Assembly (NCBI GenBank): GCA_963750165.1
Contig: CAVVPN010000012.1
Span: 736,001-800,000, forward strand
Direction of reading: 5' to 3'
DNA from: an uncultured Gemmataceae bacterium
Lineage (GTDB): Bacteria > Planctomycetota > Planctomycetia > Gemmatales > Gemmataceae
Length of the DNA: 64,000 bases
Positions 1 through 10,071 of the stretch are shown piece after piece. A model generated the notes under the pieces. The model did not search any database. It was not told the origin of the DNA and saw only the letters and a program-made list of their open reading frames with translations. The position numbers and the translations under genes are program-made. Position 1 is the first letter of the stretch; every line of letters begins with the position of its first letter.

Positions 1-2129
1 GGCCGCTGCGCAGACTGACCAGGTCGGGCTGCTCGTCGCGCGGGAAGGGACTGCCGTCCTCGCGCAGGCAGCCGTCCGGCGCCAGGGCCGTGCGGCTGTA
101 CAGCTGGTCGGGCGTGGCGCCGAGAATGGCACAGGCGGCGGCGTTGCACTCGATGATGGCGCCAGCCTGGTTCTGCACCACCAGCCCCTCGGCCATGGTC
201 TCGATAATGGCCCGCAGCCGAGCCTCCGCCTCACGGTGGGCCGCCTCCGCCTGCCGCAGTGCCGTCAGGTCTTCCAGCACCCAGACCGCTCCGTCGTGGC
301 GGCCGTTGCCCGCCAGATCAACCGGTGCGGCCCAGGTGATGAGCGGCATCTGCCGGCCATCGGGGCGGTGGACGACGATGTCGTCGCGCATGCTGGTGAT
401 GCCGTCACGCAGCGCCTTGCAGACCGGCAGCTCCTCCCAGGGGTAGGGCGTGCCGTCGGCCCGGAACAGGCGGTACACGTCCGGCAGGTGCGCCAGGCCG
501 GCGGACGGGTCCTCGCGCTGGCCCAGCAGCTGGCGGGCGCGGGCGTTGACCAGCAGCGGCTGGCCGGTGGGGCCGTGGATGAGGAAGACGCCGGTCGGCA
601 GATGGGTGACGACGGCCTGCAACACGTTGGTGGTGCGGCGCAGGTCGTAGGCCAGGGTGCGGTGCTCGGTGATGTCCTCGACCACGCCGTCCCAGCCGTC
701 GAGCTGCCCGTCAGCGCCGTGGTGCGGCGCCAGCGTGTCGCGCACCCAGCGGTCGCGGTTGGTGGGCGTCTGGTGCATGGCCAGCAGGCCGCGCGGCCGC
801 AGCGGCGGGCGGGAGGCGGTGGTGGCCAAACGGTACTCGCAGGTGACCGGCTGTTTCTGCAGGAATAGCTGGCCCATGGCGGCGAGGACCAGCTCGCGGT
901 CCTGGGAGTGGACGCGGGCCAGCCAGCCCTGATAGTCGCCGAGCAGGTCGTCGGCCGCGGCGCCCAGCACGTCCTTGCTGGCGGCGCTGACCAGGGTGAT
1001 CTCCACGTCCTCGGGGCGCGTGGCGGGGCGGCCGGGGTGGAGCAGGCGGGCGCTGTAGAGCACGAGCGGGATGTGGCCGACAACCTGACGGTAGCGGGTC
1101 TCGCTGGCGCGGACCCAGCCGGCGGAGGCGCCGATGAGCAGGGCGGTGCAGCACTGGGCCAGGAGGTTGCCGGCCAGCGGCGCCAGCTGGGCGTCGCCCC
1201 AGACCGGGCTGACGGCGTCCAGGTTGCCCAGCGCGGGGGCGAAGATCAGGGCCGGCGCCGCCGCCGCGGCCGCCGCCAACGTGCCGCCGCGCAGCCCCTG
1301 CCGCAAGCTCGCCCAGACGATCACCAGCAGCAGGATGCCCCACAGTGCCCAGTTGGTGTTCGCCGCCCGGCTGTGCAGCGCCGCCAGCACCAGGCCGAGC
1401 ACGCCGGCTCCGACCGCCAGGCCGGCGACCTCAATGGCCTCGTCCCAGCGCCAGCGGAGCAGCCGCTCGGTCTGATAGGGCTTCTCGTCAGAGTCGGCCG
1501 CGGCCAGGCCGAAGCGCACCAGCCAGGGCGTGGCGGCCACGAGCAGCGGCGGCGCCAGGGCGAGCACGCCCAGGGCGGCGCTGCAGCCACAACCCCGCTG
1601 CCAGCGCCGGCAGGTCCACGGTCCCGGGGCGCAGCGCCAGGTGCAGCAGCGCCAGCGCCACCGCCAGCAGGCTGACGAAGGCACCGGGGATCAGGATCAG
1701 GAAGACGGTGGCCGAGCGCGGGTCGTCGAGCTGGCGGGCGCCGTGGGCGCGGCGGCGGTAGCACCACCAGCCCAGGGCCAGGGTGCCGGCGCTGAGCAGC
1801 GGCTCCAACCAGAGGATGACGGCCGGCGTGGACGGGTCAGGGGTGACCAGGCGGACGGCGAGCAGGACGACAGCAACGAAGATGGCGGCGAACGAACCGA
1901 GCCAGGCGATCAGGGCCAGGCCAACGCCCAGCGGCGCGAAGTACAGGCCGTCGCTGTGCGGGTTCCAGAGACGCGGGTGACTCAGCACCAGCAGGAGCAA
2001 ACCGGCGAGCAGCAACCAGCCGCGGCGGTCGGGGCGGTAGCGGGACGGCCAGGCCGGCAGGCGGACGCCGGGGGGCGCAGGTGCGTCCGTGCCTGGCGGG
2101 GCGGCAGGGTTGGGGATTTGGGGATTCAT
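1..2129 (-). CDS. MASE1-type membrane sensor with multiple PAS domains (probable histidine kinase); runs off the window start; one frameshift near 1580
   Basis: ORF 1488..2144 gives a hydrophobic MASE1-like N-terminus (ATG 2129). A second frame continues ALGVLALAPPLL... through more TM segments into PAS-like segments (WDGVVEDITE, VFLIHGPTGQPLLVN, IIECNAAACAILG). The output domain lies outside the window. Confidence 0.7.
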
Positions 2130-2340
2130 GACACCACGGAACAAGCAACCATCTTCCGCGGTGGCCGGTTGCCTGGCACCGTGAAGCCGCGGGGAGGAGA
2201 AAGAGTGGCGCGAGTCATCCTGTCAAAGGGATTGTAGGTCACATTCCCAGGGGTCACAAGCGAATTGTCCCCGACAGGCCGCGCCGCCGGTGCCGTTGGT
2301 GCCGCGGACGCCGATCACTCCGGCGCGAACCGCCGCGATG

Positions 2341-2449
2341 GGCGAGCGGCGCGGCGTCAGCCCGCCGTGCCTGCTGGAATTGGCGAGCGGCGCGGCGTCA
2401 GCCCGCCGGTAACACACAGCACCGGCGGGCTGACGCCGCGCCGCTCGCC
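2341..2449. repeat. REP-like palindrome family A, three copies (two direct, one inverted)
   Basis: GGCGAGCGGCGCGGCGTCAGCCCGCCG at 2341 and 2382, reverse complement ending at 2449; the same unit recurs at 8321. Confidence 0.85.
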
Positions 2450-2486
2450 AAAATTCAGCAGGTACACCCAGCGGCGGAATTTACCC

Positions 2487-2516
2487 TTGACGGTCGGGCC
2501 GTTCCGGGGGTATACC
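2487..2516 (+). promoter_or_regulatory. Candidate sigma70 promoter for the PEGA lipoprotein gene
   Basis: TTGACG-N18-TATACC about 60 bp upstream of ATG 2575. Confidence 0.4.
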
Positions 2517-2574
2517 CTCACCCCTTCCGACGGAAGGAGAGCACGGGCGTCAGTCCTGGAAGGCGGGCGAAACC

Positions 2575-3117
2575 ATGACAGCGCACTGGCGGTCGCGGAC
2601 GGGGCTGTTCCTGGTCATGCTCGGCGCCGCCGCGCTGCCCGGCTGTGTGGAACGGCGCTACACCGTCCTGACCGATCCGCCGTCGGCCATGGTGTTTGAG
2701 GACGGTCGGCCCAGGGGCCCGAGTCCCACCAACCAGACCTTCGATTACTACGGCGTCCGCAAGTACACGGTGATGCGCGACGGCTTCCAGACCCTGGAGG
2801 TGTACGAGGATCTCCGCGCCCCGTGGTGGGAGTACCCGCCGTTCGACTTCATCACCGAGAATCTGTTGCCCTGGACCCTCCGCGACTTCCGTGAACTGCG
2901 GTTCACCTTGCTGCCTCCGCCGGTTGTCCCGGCGGAGCAGGTCAAGGACAAGGCCTTGCAGCTGCGCGAACGCGGTCTCCAGCTGGTGCCGCCGATGCCG
3001 CCGGTCCCGGAAGGCCCACCGCCGCGAGTGCTGCCGCCGGCCGAGGAAGGCCCACGACCACAGGTCTTGCCGCCCGTCCCGGAAGTCGCGCCGAAGGTGC
3101 TGCCGCCGCCCTCGTGA
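2575..3117 (+). CDS. PEGA-domain lipoprotein with Pro-rich tail
   Basis: Signal peptide with lipobox LPGC, then VERRYTVLTDPPSAMVFEDG..GPSP PEGA-like motif. Confidence 0.75.
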   Translation: MTAHWRSRTGLFLVMLGAAALPGCVERRYTVLTDPPSAMVFEDGRPRGPSPTNQTFDYYGVRKYTVMRDGFQTLEVYEDLRAPWWEYPPFDFITENLLPWTLRDFRELRFTLLPPPVVPAEQVKDKALQLRERGLQLVPPMPPVPEGPPPRVLPPAEEGPRPQVLPPVPEVAPKVLPPPS

Positions 3118-3217
3118 GCGCCGGGCTGGCGAGGCCCTGACCACCGCTGGCGACCCTTTGTCCACGCCACACCCGCGCCGGCGTCCGCTGCCCGCGTTAC
3201 AATGACGGTGCCGGCCA

Positions 3218-3232
3218 CGGCACAACCTTTGC
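3218..3232 (+). promoter_or_regulatory. Candidate sigma54 -24/-12 promoter upstream of batA-like gene
   Basis: CGGCAC-AACCT-TTGC with exact GG-N10-GC spacing. Confidence 0.45.
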
Positions 3233-3281
3233 CGTTGCCGCGCAGGTGGTGTCGTCAACGAATCCCAAACCCCAGCCTGCC

Positions 3282-4319
3282 GTGTCCCTGCCACACTTTG
3301 CCCATCCCGCATGGCTCTGGCTGCTGCTGGCTCTGCCGCCGCTGCTGTGGCAGTGGTTGCGTCAGCGCGGGCCGGCGGTGCGCTTCCCCGGCACCGCCTG
3401 GCTGCGGCCGCTGCCCGGCAGCCGTCGCGGCCGCTGGGTCCGCTGGGCGACCGTGACGCTGCGCGGCCTGGCCCTGGCGCTGCTGGTCGTGGCGCTGGCG
3501 GGGCCGCGCTGGCCGGACCCCGGCTCGCGCCTGTCCACGGAGGGCATCGCCATCGTCATCCTCGTGGACGTGAGCGGCAGCATGGGCGAGCGCGATTTCG
3601 ACTGGCACGGCCAACCGGTCAGCCGCTTCGAGGCGGCGCAGCAGGTGTTCCACAAGTTCGTGGAGGGCGGCGAGCTGCCGGATGGCCGGCGGCTGGAGGG
3701 ACGGCGCAGCGACCTGATCGCCCTGGTGCCGTTCGCCACGCGGCCGGAGCTGGGCTGTCCGCTGACGCTCAACCATACCGTGCTGCTGAAATCGCTGGAC
3801 GCCGAGCAGCCGCGAACCAGTTCCGAGGACGGCCTGACCAACCTGGGCGACGCCCTGGCGTGGGGCCTGTTCCGTCTCAAGCCCGCGGGCAAGCGCAAGC
3901 AGATCGTCATTCTGCTGACGGACGGCGAGCAGACGGTGGTGGACAACCAGTCACTGAAGCCACGACAGGCGGCGCAGCTGGCCGGCAACCTGGGTGTGCC
4001 AGTGTACACGATCGACGCCGGCAGCGACCGGCCGCCGACGGCCGCCGCGCTGGAGCCGACCTCCGCCGCGGATCGGCTGAACGCGAAGAAGACGCTGCAG
4101 GAGATGGCCCGGCTGTCGAAGGGTCGGTACTTTGCGGCGGCGGACACGGCGGCGCTGGCGGAGGCGTGCGCCCAGATCGATGAACTGGAACGGCAGCCGA
4201 TCGAGAGTTTCGAGTATCGGCTGTATGACGAGTGGTATCCGTGGTGCGGCCTGGCGGCGCTGGCGCTGTGGGCGTTGCTGCTGGTGCTGGAGCGGACGTG
4301 GTGGCGGCGCGTACCGTGA
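3282..4319 (+). CDS. batA: BatA-like vWA domain membrane protein
   Basis: N-terminal FAHPAWLWLL and LAGPRW; MIDAS DVSGS, TNLGDAL, ILLTDG; C-terminal TM. GTG 3282 chosen as likely start. Confidence 0.85.
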   Translation: MSLPHFAHPAWLWLLLALPPLLWQWLRQRGPAVRFPGTAWLRPLPGSRRGRWVRWATVTLRGLALALLVVALAGPRWPDPGSRLSTEGIAIVILVDVSGSMGERDFDWHGQPVSRFEAAQQVFHKFVEGGELPDGRRLEGRRSDLIALVPFATRPELGCPLTLNHTVLLKSLDAEQPRTSSEDGLTNLGDALAWGLFRLKPAGKRKQIVILLTDGEQTVVDNQSLKPRQAAQLAGNLGVPVYTIDAGSDRPPTAAALEPTSAADRLNAKKTLQEMARLSKGRYFAAADTAALAEACAQIDELERQPIESFEYRLYDEWYPWCGLAALALWALLLVLERTWWRRVP

Positions 4320-4326
4320 GGTTCCG

Positions 4327-4424
4327 CCGCTTGCGGCTTGGCGCGCTTCGTCTCTCGCGGCGCTGGGAATAATCTTCTGGCGGCGGGAGGGATCGCAGCT
4401 CGCGCAGCCTAAGCCGCAAGCGGC
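4327..4424. repeat. REP-like inverted repeat between batA and batB
   Basis: GCCGCTTGCGGCTTGG ... CTAAGCCGCAAGCGGC. Confidence 0.65.
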
Positions 4425-4439
4425 AGAAGACAAAAGACC

Positions 4440-5500
4440 ATGACTCCTCTGTGGCACACCTGGTTCGCCCAGCCCTGGGCGCTGTGGCTGCTGACGCTGC
4501 TGCCGCTGCTGGGCCTGCTGGCAGCGCTGCGCGCTGGCGGCGGCGCCGGGCGCTGCTGCGCCTGGGCGGGGCGTTCGCGCTGCAGGCGCTGCTGGCGCCA
4601 CGGCGGTGGAGCGGCTTGCTGCGCCGGCTGTGCGGGACGCTCGGGCTGGTGCTGCTGATCGTGGGCGTCGCCGGGCCGCAGTGGGGCCGCGAGCCGCATC
4701 AGCAGGTCAGCGCCGGCCGCGACCTGGTCGTGGTGCTCGACCTGAGCCGCAGCATGCTCGCGGAGCAGCCCAGCCGGCAGAAGCTGGCGCGCGAGGCGCT
4801 GCTGGGCCTGGCCGACTCGCTGCAGAAGCGCGGCGGCCATCGCGTCGCCCTGGTGGTGTTCGCCGCGCAGCCGAAGCTGGTGCTGCCGCTGGCGCAGGAC
4901 TACGACCTGTTCCGCGACGCCGTGAAACAACAGGACGCGGCGCGGCTGCCACCGGAACTGCTGCCGGGTGCGGAAGGGCTGTCGGGCACGCGCATCGGCG
5001 CGGCGCTGAAACTGGCGGTGGCGTCGTTCGAGGCGGACGGCACCCAGCCGCGGGCCATTGTGCTCGTCTCCGACGGCGACGACCCGGCCGAGCAGGCTGT
5101 CCCGCCCGACCGCGAATGGAACGAGGGCGTGATCGCGGCGGCGGGCAAACACATCCCGGTCATCACCGTGGGCGTCGGCGACCCGGAGACGCCGCGGAAC
5201 ATCCTCGTCAACGACCGGCCGCTGCGCCATGACGACAAGGTCGTCGAGAGCCGGCTACACGAGGATCTGCTGCGCGAAATCGCGGAGCGGACGGGCGGCA
5301 GTTACGTGGCAGCGCGGCGCTTCACGCTGCCGCCGGACGCGCTGTTCCGGGCGGTGCTTGACCGGCGCGAGGCGCCCGGCGGCCGCGCCGGCGAGCTGCC
5401 GCGCTACCGCCAGCAATACGGCTGGTTCTTCGGCAGCGCCCTGGCGCTGCTGACGCTGGCCACACTGGGCCGCACCCGCCGGCCGCTGGAGGGCCGTTGA
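4440..5500 (+). CDS. batB: BatB-like vWA domain protein (frameshift near 4530)
   Basis: MTPLWHTWFAQPWALWLL in one frame joins WRRRRALL...AGPQWG...DLSRSMLA...GTRIGAAL...VSDGDD in another. Confidence 0.8.
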
Positions 5501-5501
5501 C

Positions 5502-6344
5502 ATGCCGTCACGTTGGTTGATCGTGGGGTTGAGTTTGGCAGCGCTGGCGCTGCCGGGGGCCGCGCCGCAGGACGGCGATGACTCGCTGCGTCAGGCCAAC
5601 GCCGCCTTCGCGCGCGGCGACTACGCCGAGGCGCTGGCGCTGTACGAGCGGGCGGAGGAGCGGGCCGCCGACCCGGGACTGGTCGCGTTCAACAAGGGGG
5701 CGACGCTGTATCGCCTGGGCCGCTGGCGCGAGGCGCAGCTGTGCTATCTGCGTTGCCTGGAGGACCAGGAAGCGCCGCCGACGCGGCGGGCAAAGGGGCT
5801 GTACGACCTGGGCAACTGTCTGCTGCGCGAGGGGGCGGAGACGCAGTCGGCGAAGACGCTGGCGCTGGCCATCGAGTTCTACCGTGCCTGCCTGGGCGAC
5901 GCGGCCGGGCGGGAGTTGCACGGCCAGGCCCGGCACAACCTGGAACTGGCCCGACTGCTGTGGCTCAAGGCCCGCGCCAACCCGGCGCAGGATCGCGACC
6001 CGAAGGAGGACACCACGGACACGTCGAGGAAGGAGCCGGAGGGCCAGAAGGACTCCGGCACGGACGAGGGCGACGACCAGGACGGCAAGCCGGCCCGCAA
6101 GCACCGTTCCGCGCTACAGCAGGCGTTGCAGAGCCGGCAGAAGGCCCAGGAGGTGGAGCAGCAGCTGGCGGGAAAGGGCAACCTGCGAACGCTGCCGGAC
6201 TCGGATCAGCTGCAGCCGCAGGACGCCGACGACGCCGCGGCGCAGCTGGAGCTGGCAGTGCAACGCATCCTGCGCGATCAACTGGAGCGGCGCGAGCGCG
6301 ACGCGGTACGGCGCGGCACGAACCCCAACGTCAAGGACTGGTGA
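5502..6344 (+). CDS. batC: BatC-like TPR protein
   Basis: Signal peptide, TPR motifs (FNKGATLYRLG, YDLGNCL, ARHNLELA), acidic linker, C-terminal KDW; follows batB. Confidence 0.75.
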   Translation: MPSRWLIVGLSLAALALPGAAPQDGDDSLRQANAAFARGDYAEALALYERAEERAADPGLVAFNKGATLYRLGRWREAQLCYLRCLEDQEAPPTRRAKGLYDLGNCLLREGAETQSAKTLALAIEFYRACLGDAAGRELHGQARHNLELARLLWLKARANPAQDRDPKEDTTDTSRKEPEGQKDSGTDEGDDQDGKPARKHRSALQQALQSRQKAQEVEQQLAGKGNLRTLPDSDQLQPQDADDAAAQLELAVQRILRDQLERRERDAVRRGTNPNVKDW

Positions 6345-6370
6345 GCGGCCATGCAGCGCGCCCCGTTCAA

Positions 6371-6546
6371 CCCTGTTGTGGCCCGGTCTCCTGACCCTGT
6401 TGTGGCCCGGTCTCCTGACCGGGCCACGGCCCCGACCGAAGGTCTCCTCCAGGTAGCAGCACGAGAGACCTTCGGTCGAAGCCGGTGGCTTGGTCAGGAG
6501 ACCAAGCCACAACAGCGAGCGAAGACCAAGCCACAACAGCGAGCGG
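6371..6546. repeat. Composite REP-like element with tandem duplications
   Basis: CCCTGTTGTGGCCCGGTCTCCTGA twice; nested CGACCGAAGGTCTC/GAGACCTTCGGTCG; AGACCAAGCCACAACAGCGAGCG twice. Confidence 0.8.
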
Positions 6547-6548
6547 CC

Positions 6549-7553
6549 ATGCGGCGCGCCGTGCTGGGAGGTCTGGTGCTGGTGCTGCTGGTCAGCGGTG
6601 TGCGCGCCCAGGACCAGCCGCCGCGACAGGAAGGGCTGCTGCCGAAGGGCAATTATCAGATCAGCGTCCGGGCGGCGCCCACGGAGGTGCAGGAAGGCGA
6701 CCCCGTGACGCTGACGCTGCGCATCACCGCCACCGACCCCAGAAGCGAGGAGCCGCGGCGGCCCGACCTGCGCAAACTCGCCAACCCGCAGCTGGCTCCG
6801 CGCAAGCTGGACGACCTCTTTTCCCTGGAAATTCCCGACGGAGAGCCGAAGCGGCCTGAGCGGAACGTCTGGGAGTTCACCTATCTGCTGCGGCCGAAAC
6901 AGCTCGGCACGCAGACACTGCCGACACTGAAATTCGTGTTCATCAACCTGCGTGGCGGCCGCGGCCAGTCGCTGACGCGGCCGCCACGCATCCGGCTGAC
7001 CGTGAAGCCGCGCGGCCAGGCTCCACTGCCGCCCACGGGCAACGTCGCGGCGCCGCCGGGCGTGTTCGAGATCGCCACGGGTGACGCGGTGCTGCGGCGC
7101 GAGGCGCCGTCGTGGTGGTTCGAGCCGTGGGCGCTGGCGCTACTGGCCCTGGCACCGCCGCTGCTGTGCGGCGCCTGGTACGTCGTCTGGCGGCGGCTGC
7201 ACCCGGACGCCCTGCAACTGCGGCAGCGCCGCCACGCCCGCGCCGTGCGCCAGGCCATACGCGAGCTGAAGCGGGCGGCCGACCCCGGCGGCGCCGCGAC
7301 CGCCGCGGTGGTGACACGCTACCTGCGGCAGCGCTTCGACCTGACCGTGGCCGAGCCGACGCCCGCGGAAGTGGCGGCGTGTTTGCAGCAAGCGGGCGCC
7401 TCCGCGGCGCTGGTGCGGCGCGCGACCGGCCTGCTCGGCGCCTGTGACGGCGCCCGCTTCGCGCCGACCGGTGCCCGGCCGGCGCTGGCGCCCGACGCGA
7501 TTCAGTTCATCCAGAGCCTGGAGGCCGACCTGTGTGCCGCGCGGCCCTCGTGA
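6549..7553 (+). CDS. batD: BatD-like protein
   Basis: Signal peptide MRRAVLGG..VRA, Ig-like segment (EVQEGDPVTLTLRI, FTYLLRP), TM helix and C-terminal CDGARFAP; the upstream part of ORF 6351 is repeat-derived. Confidence 0.7.
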   Translation: MRRAVLGGLVLVLLVSGVRAQDQPPRQEGLLPKGNYQISVRAAPTEVQEGDPVTLTLRITATDPRSEEPRRPDLRKLANPQLAPRKLDDLFSLEIPDGEPKRPERNVWEFTYLLRPKQLGTQTLPTLKFVFINLRGGRGQSLTRPPRIRLTVKPRGQAPLPPTGNVAAPPGVFEIATGDAVLRREAPSWWFEPWALALLALAPPLLCGAWYVVWRRLHPDALQLRQRRHARAVRQAIRELKRAADPGGAATAAVVTRYLRQRFDLTVAEPTPAEVAACLQQAGASAALVRRATGLLGACDGARFAPTGARPALAPDAIQFIQSLEADLCAARPS

Positions 7554-8317
7554 TGTCGCTGCTGCTGGGCGCCGCGCCGGCCGCGGACCTGGACGACGCG
7601 GAATTGCTGCGTCGCGCCGAGACGGCATTCGAGCAGGGCATCGCGTCGCAAGCGGACGCCGCCGCGGCCCGGCGCCACTTCACCGCGGCGGCGGCCAACT
7701 ACGAGGCGCTGCACGACCGCGGCGTCCACAACGCGGCGCTGTATCTCAACTGGGGCAACGCCCTGCTGCTCAGCGACCAGCTGCCGGCGGCGATCCTGGC
7801 CTACCGCCGTGGTCTGCGCCTGGCCCCGGACGACGCGGCGCTGCACGAGCGCTTGGAGTGGGCCCGCGATCAGGTGCAGTACCCGGCGGACGTGCGCTGC
7901 CGGCCCGCGGCAGCGGACTGGCCGCCGTGGCTGCCGCGGTTGCGGCCGGAGTGGGTGCTGTTGGCCGCGGTGGCGTGTTACACGCTGGCGTGCGCCGGCG
8001 TGCTGCGCTGGCGGCTGACGGGCCTGTTCCCCACGGCGACGCTGCCGGCGCTGGCGGCCGCAGCGCTGCTGGGCTACTGGGCCTGGACGCTGCACCGTCA
8101 GGCGGAAGCGGGCCGGCCGTTGGCGGTGATCGCGCACGATGGCACCGCCCTGCGCAAGGGCAACGGCAAGAGTTATCCGCCGCACAGCGAGGTGCCGACG
8201 CTCAACCGCGGTGTTGAGGCGCGCGTCCGCCATCGCCGCGGCGACTGGCTGCAAATCGAGCTGGACGGCGGGCAGGTCGGTTGGGTGCGGCAGGCGGACG
8301 TGCTGCTGGAGGAATGA
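7532..8317 (+). CDS. batE: BatE-like TPR plus SH3b protein
   Basis: LYLNWGNA..AILAYRRGLRLAP TPR, two TM helices, C-terminal GDWLQIEL..GWV SH3-like end. Confidence 0.8.
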   Translation: MCRAALVMSLLLGAAPAADLDDAELLRRAETAFEQGIASQADAAAARRHFTAAAANYEALHDRGVHNAALYLNWGNALLLSDQLPAAILAYRRGLRLAPDDAALHERLEWARDQVQYPADVRCRPAAADWPPWLPRLRPEWVLLAAVACYTLACAGVLRWRLTGLFPTATLPALAAAALLGYWAWTLHRQAEAGRPLAVIAHDGTALRKGNGKSYPPHSEVPTLNRGVEARVRHRRGDWLQIELDGGQVGWVRQADVLLEE

Positions 8318-8318
8318 T

Positions 8319-8366
8319 GGGGCGAGCGGCGCGGCGTCAGCCCGCCGTGGCCGCGCCGCTCGCCCC
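8319..8366. repeat. REP family A copy forming a hairpin between convergent genes (possible terminator)
   Basis: GGGGCGAGCGGCGCGGC...GCCGCGCCGCTCGCCCC. Confidence 0.75.
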
Positions 8367-8373
8367 GATTTAC

Positions 8374-9840
8374 CTACTTCTTGGGCTGGGTGACGCCGGG
8401 GAAGCTGTCGGTGCGGAACGGCGAGGCGGGCAGGCCCGCGCGGTTGAAGAGGTTGCAGATCGGATGGTTCGCCCAACCGTAGCGCACCGCGGTCGGCTCC
8501 GCCACCTGATCGCTGCTGACCACCACCGTGTCGCCGGCGATTTCCGCCTTCGCCGGGTAGAACTTTTTGTCCTGGCCGCAGATGGTGAAGCCGACCAGCG
8601 GAGCGTTGGTGGAGCCCTCCTTGACGCGCCAGGCGGCGCCGTTCTTCCGCTCCAGCGTCGGCACCAGTTCCTTCGCCACCAGGCCGCCATCGACGTGGTC
8701 GAAGCTGACCGTCGCCTTGTTGCCGTTGAAGCGCACCGCCTTGTACATCGGGCCGGAGTACGCGATCTTCTCGCCATAGGTGGTCGCCAGCGCCGCCAGC
8801 GCCAGCCGCTCGCCCACAGGCCGCTTCGGCGTCGGATGGATGTCGTACTCGTTGCCGAAGTCCGTGATGACCGCCATGCCGGTGTTCTTGAGCTTGAGCG
8901 TCATGGCCTGGGCCTCCCGCAACTCCGCCCAGTTGCTCTCGCCGGGCTGCGCGCTGACCCGGGTGAACGGCGCCAGCTGCACGAAGAAGAACGCCAGCTC
9001 GGGGTTCTTGAAGTCGGCCCGCCAGTTCTCGATCATGCGCGGGTGCAGCGTGCGGTACTTGTAGGCCTGGCCCGCGTTGCTCTCGCCCTGATACCAGATT
9101 GCCCCGCGGACGCGGTAGTTCAGCAGCGGGTGCAACATGCCGTTGTACAGCGCCGACGCGGTGTTCGGGCCGACGTTCTTCGGCGTCCCCTCCTTGACGC
9201 CCACCGATTCCAGGGCTCCGCGGCTCATCCACGCCTCAATGCGCGTGCCGCCCCAGCTCGTGTGGATCAGGCCGACCGGCACCTTCAGCTTCGCCTGCAA
9301 CGCGCGGCCGAAGAAGTAGCCGACCGCCGTGAAGCCGTTGACCGTCTTCGGGTCCGCCTCGATCCACTTGCCGGCCGTCTCCGTTTGCGGCGTCCCTTGC
9401 GGAGCCTTCTTGACGTTGAACGTGCGCAGCATTGCATTGTGCGGCGCCGCGGCGGCGTAGTCCTTGTCGCTCTTGTCGCAGCCGCCGACCGACCACTCCA
9501 TGTTCGACTGACCGGAGCAGATCCAGACCTCGCCGACCAGGACGTTCTTGTAATTCAAGGTGTTCTTACCAGCGATGGTCATCTCGAACGGCCCGCCCGC
9601 GGCGCCGGTGGAGACGGTCGCCACCCAGTTGCCCGCGTCGTCGGCGGTGGCGGTCGCCTTGCGGCCGCGGAAGGTGACGGTGACCTGTTCGCCCTTGTCG
9701 GCGGTGCCCCAGATTTTGGCGTCGGACTTCTGTTGCAGGACCATGCCCTCACTGCACAGCGCGTGCGTCTTGACATCGGCGCGCGCCAGCGTCGGCAGGC
9801 AGACAAAGACGAGGGCGAGGAACAGCAGCCGCAGTTTCAT
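8374..9840 (-). CDS. Secreted sialate O-acetylesterase (SASA/SGNH family)
   Basis: GEVWICSGQSNM, WGGTRIEAW, IWYQGESN, DIHP and PASPFRTD motifs; signal peptide from ATG 9840. Confidence 0.9.
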   Translation of the reverse strand: MKLRLLFLALVFVCLPTLARADVKTHALCSEGMVLQQKSDAKIWGTADKGEQVTVTFRGRKATATADDAGNWVATVSTGAAGGPFEMTIAGKNTLNYKNVLVGEVWICSGQSNMEWSVGGCDKSDKDYAAAAPHNAMLRTFNVKKAPQGTPQTETAGKWIEADPKTVNGFTAVGYFFGRALQAKLKVPVGLIHTSWGGTRIEAWMSRGALESVGVKEGTPKNVGPNTASALYNGMLHPLLNYRVRGAIWYQGESNAGQAYKYRTLHPRMIENWRADFKNPELAFFFVQLAPFTRVSAQPGESNWAELREAQAMTLKLKNTGMAVITDFGNEYDIHPTPKRPVGERLALAALATTYGEKIAYSGPMYKAVRFNGNKATVSFDHVDGGLVAKELVPTLERKNGAAWRVKEGSTNAPLVGFTICGQDKKFYPAKAEIAGDTVVVSSDQVAEPTAVRYGWANHPICNLFNRAGLPASPFRTDSFPGVTQPKK

Positions 9841-10071
9841 GTGCGTACTCCCTGGTGCGAAGGTGCCTGGTGGGACAGTGGTGGTCATCATGCCGGATGC
9901 GTGGCCAAAGTCAACGACCGCGCACAGCGCCGGCGCACTTTTTTTCGTATTCCTTCGTTTTACGCTTGACGCACCGTAGGGCCGGTATTACAAAAGCATA
10001 CCGTAACCACGACGATATTACTTTGTCTGACCGAAACTACTGTTCATCAGTCCACCTGGAGGAGTCTCGAC

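Noticed and set aside
6371..6546. Tandem 23-24-bp repeats resembling a mini CRISPR array
   Set aside because: No unique spacers, only two copies each, palindromic REP structure, and no cas genes in the window
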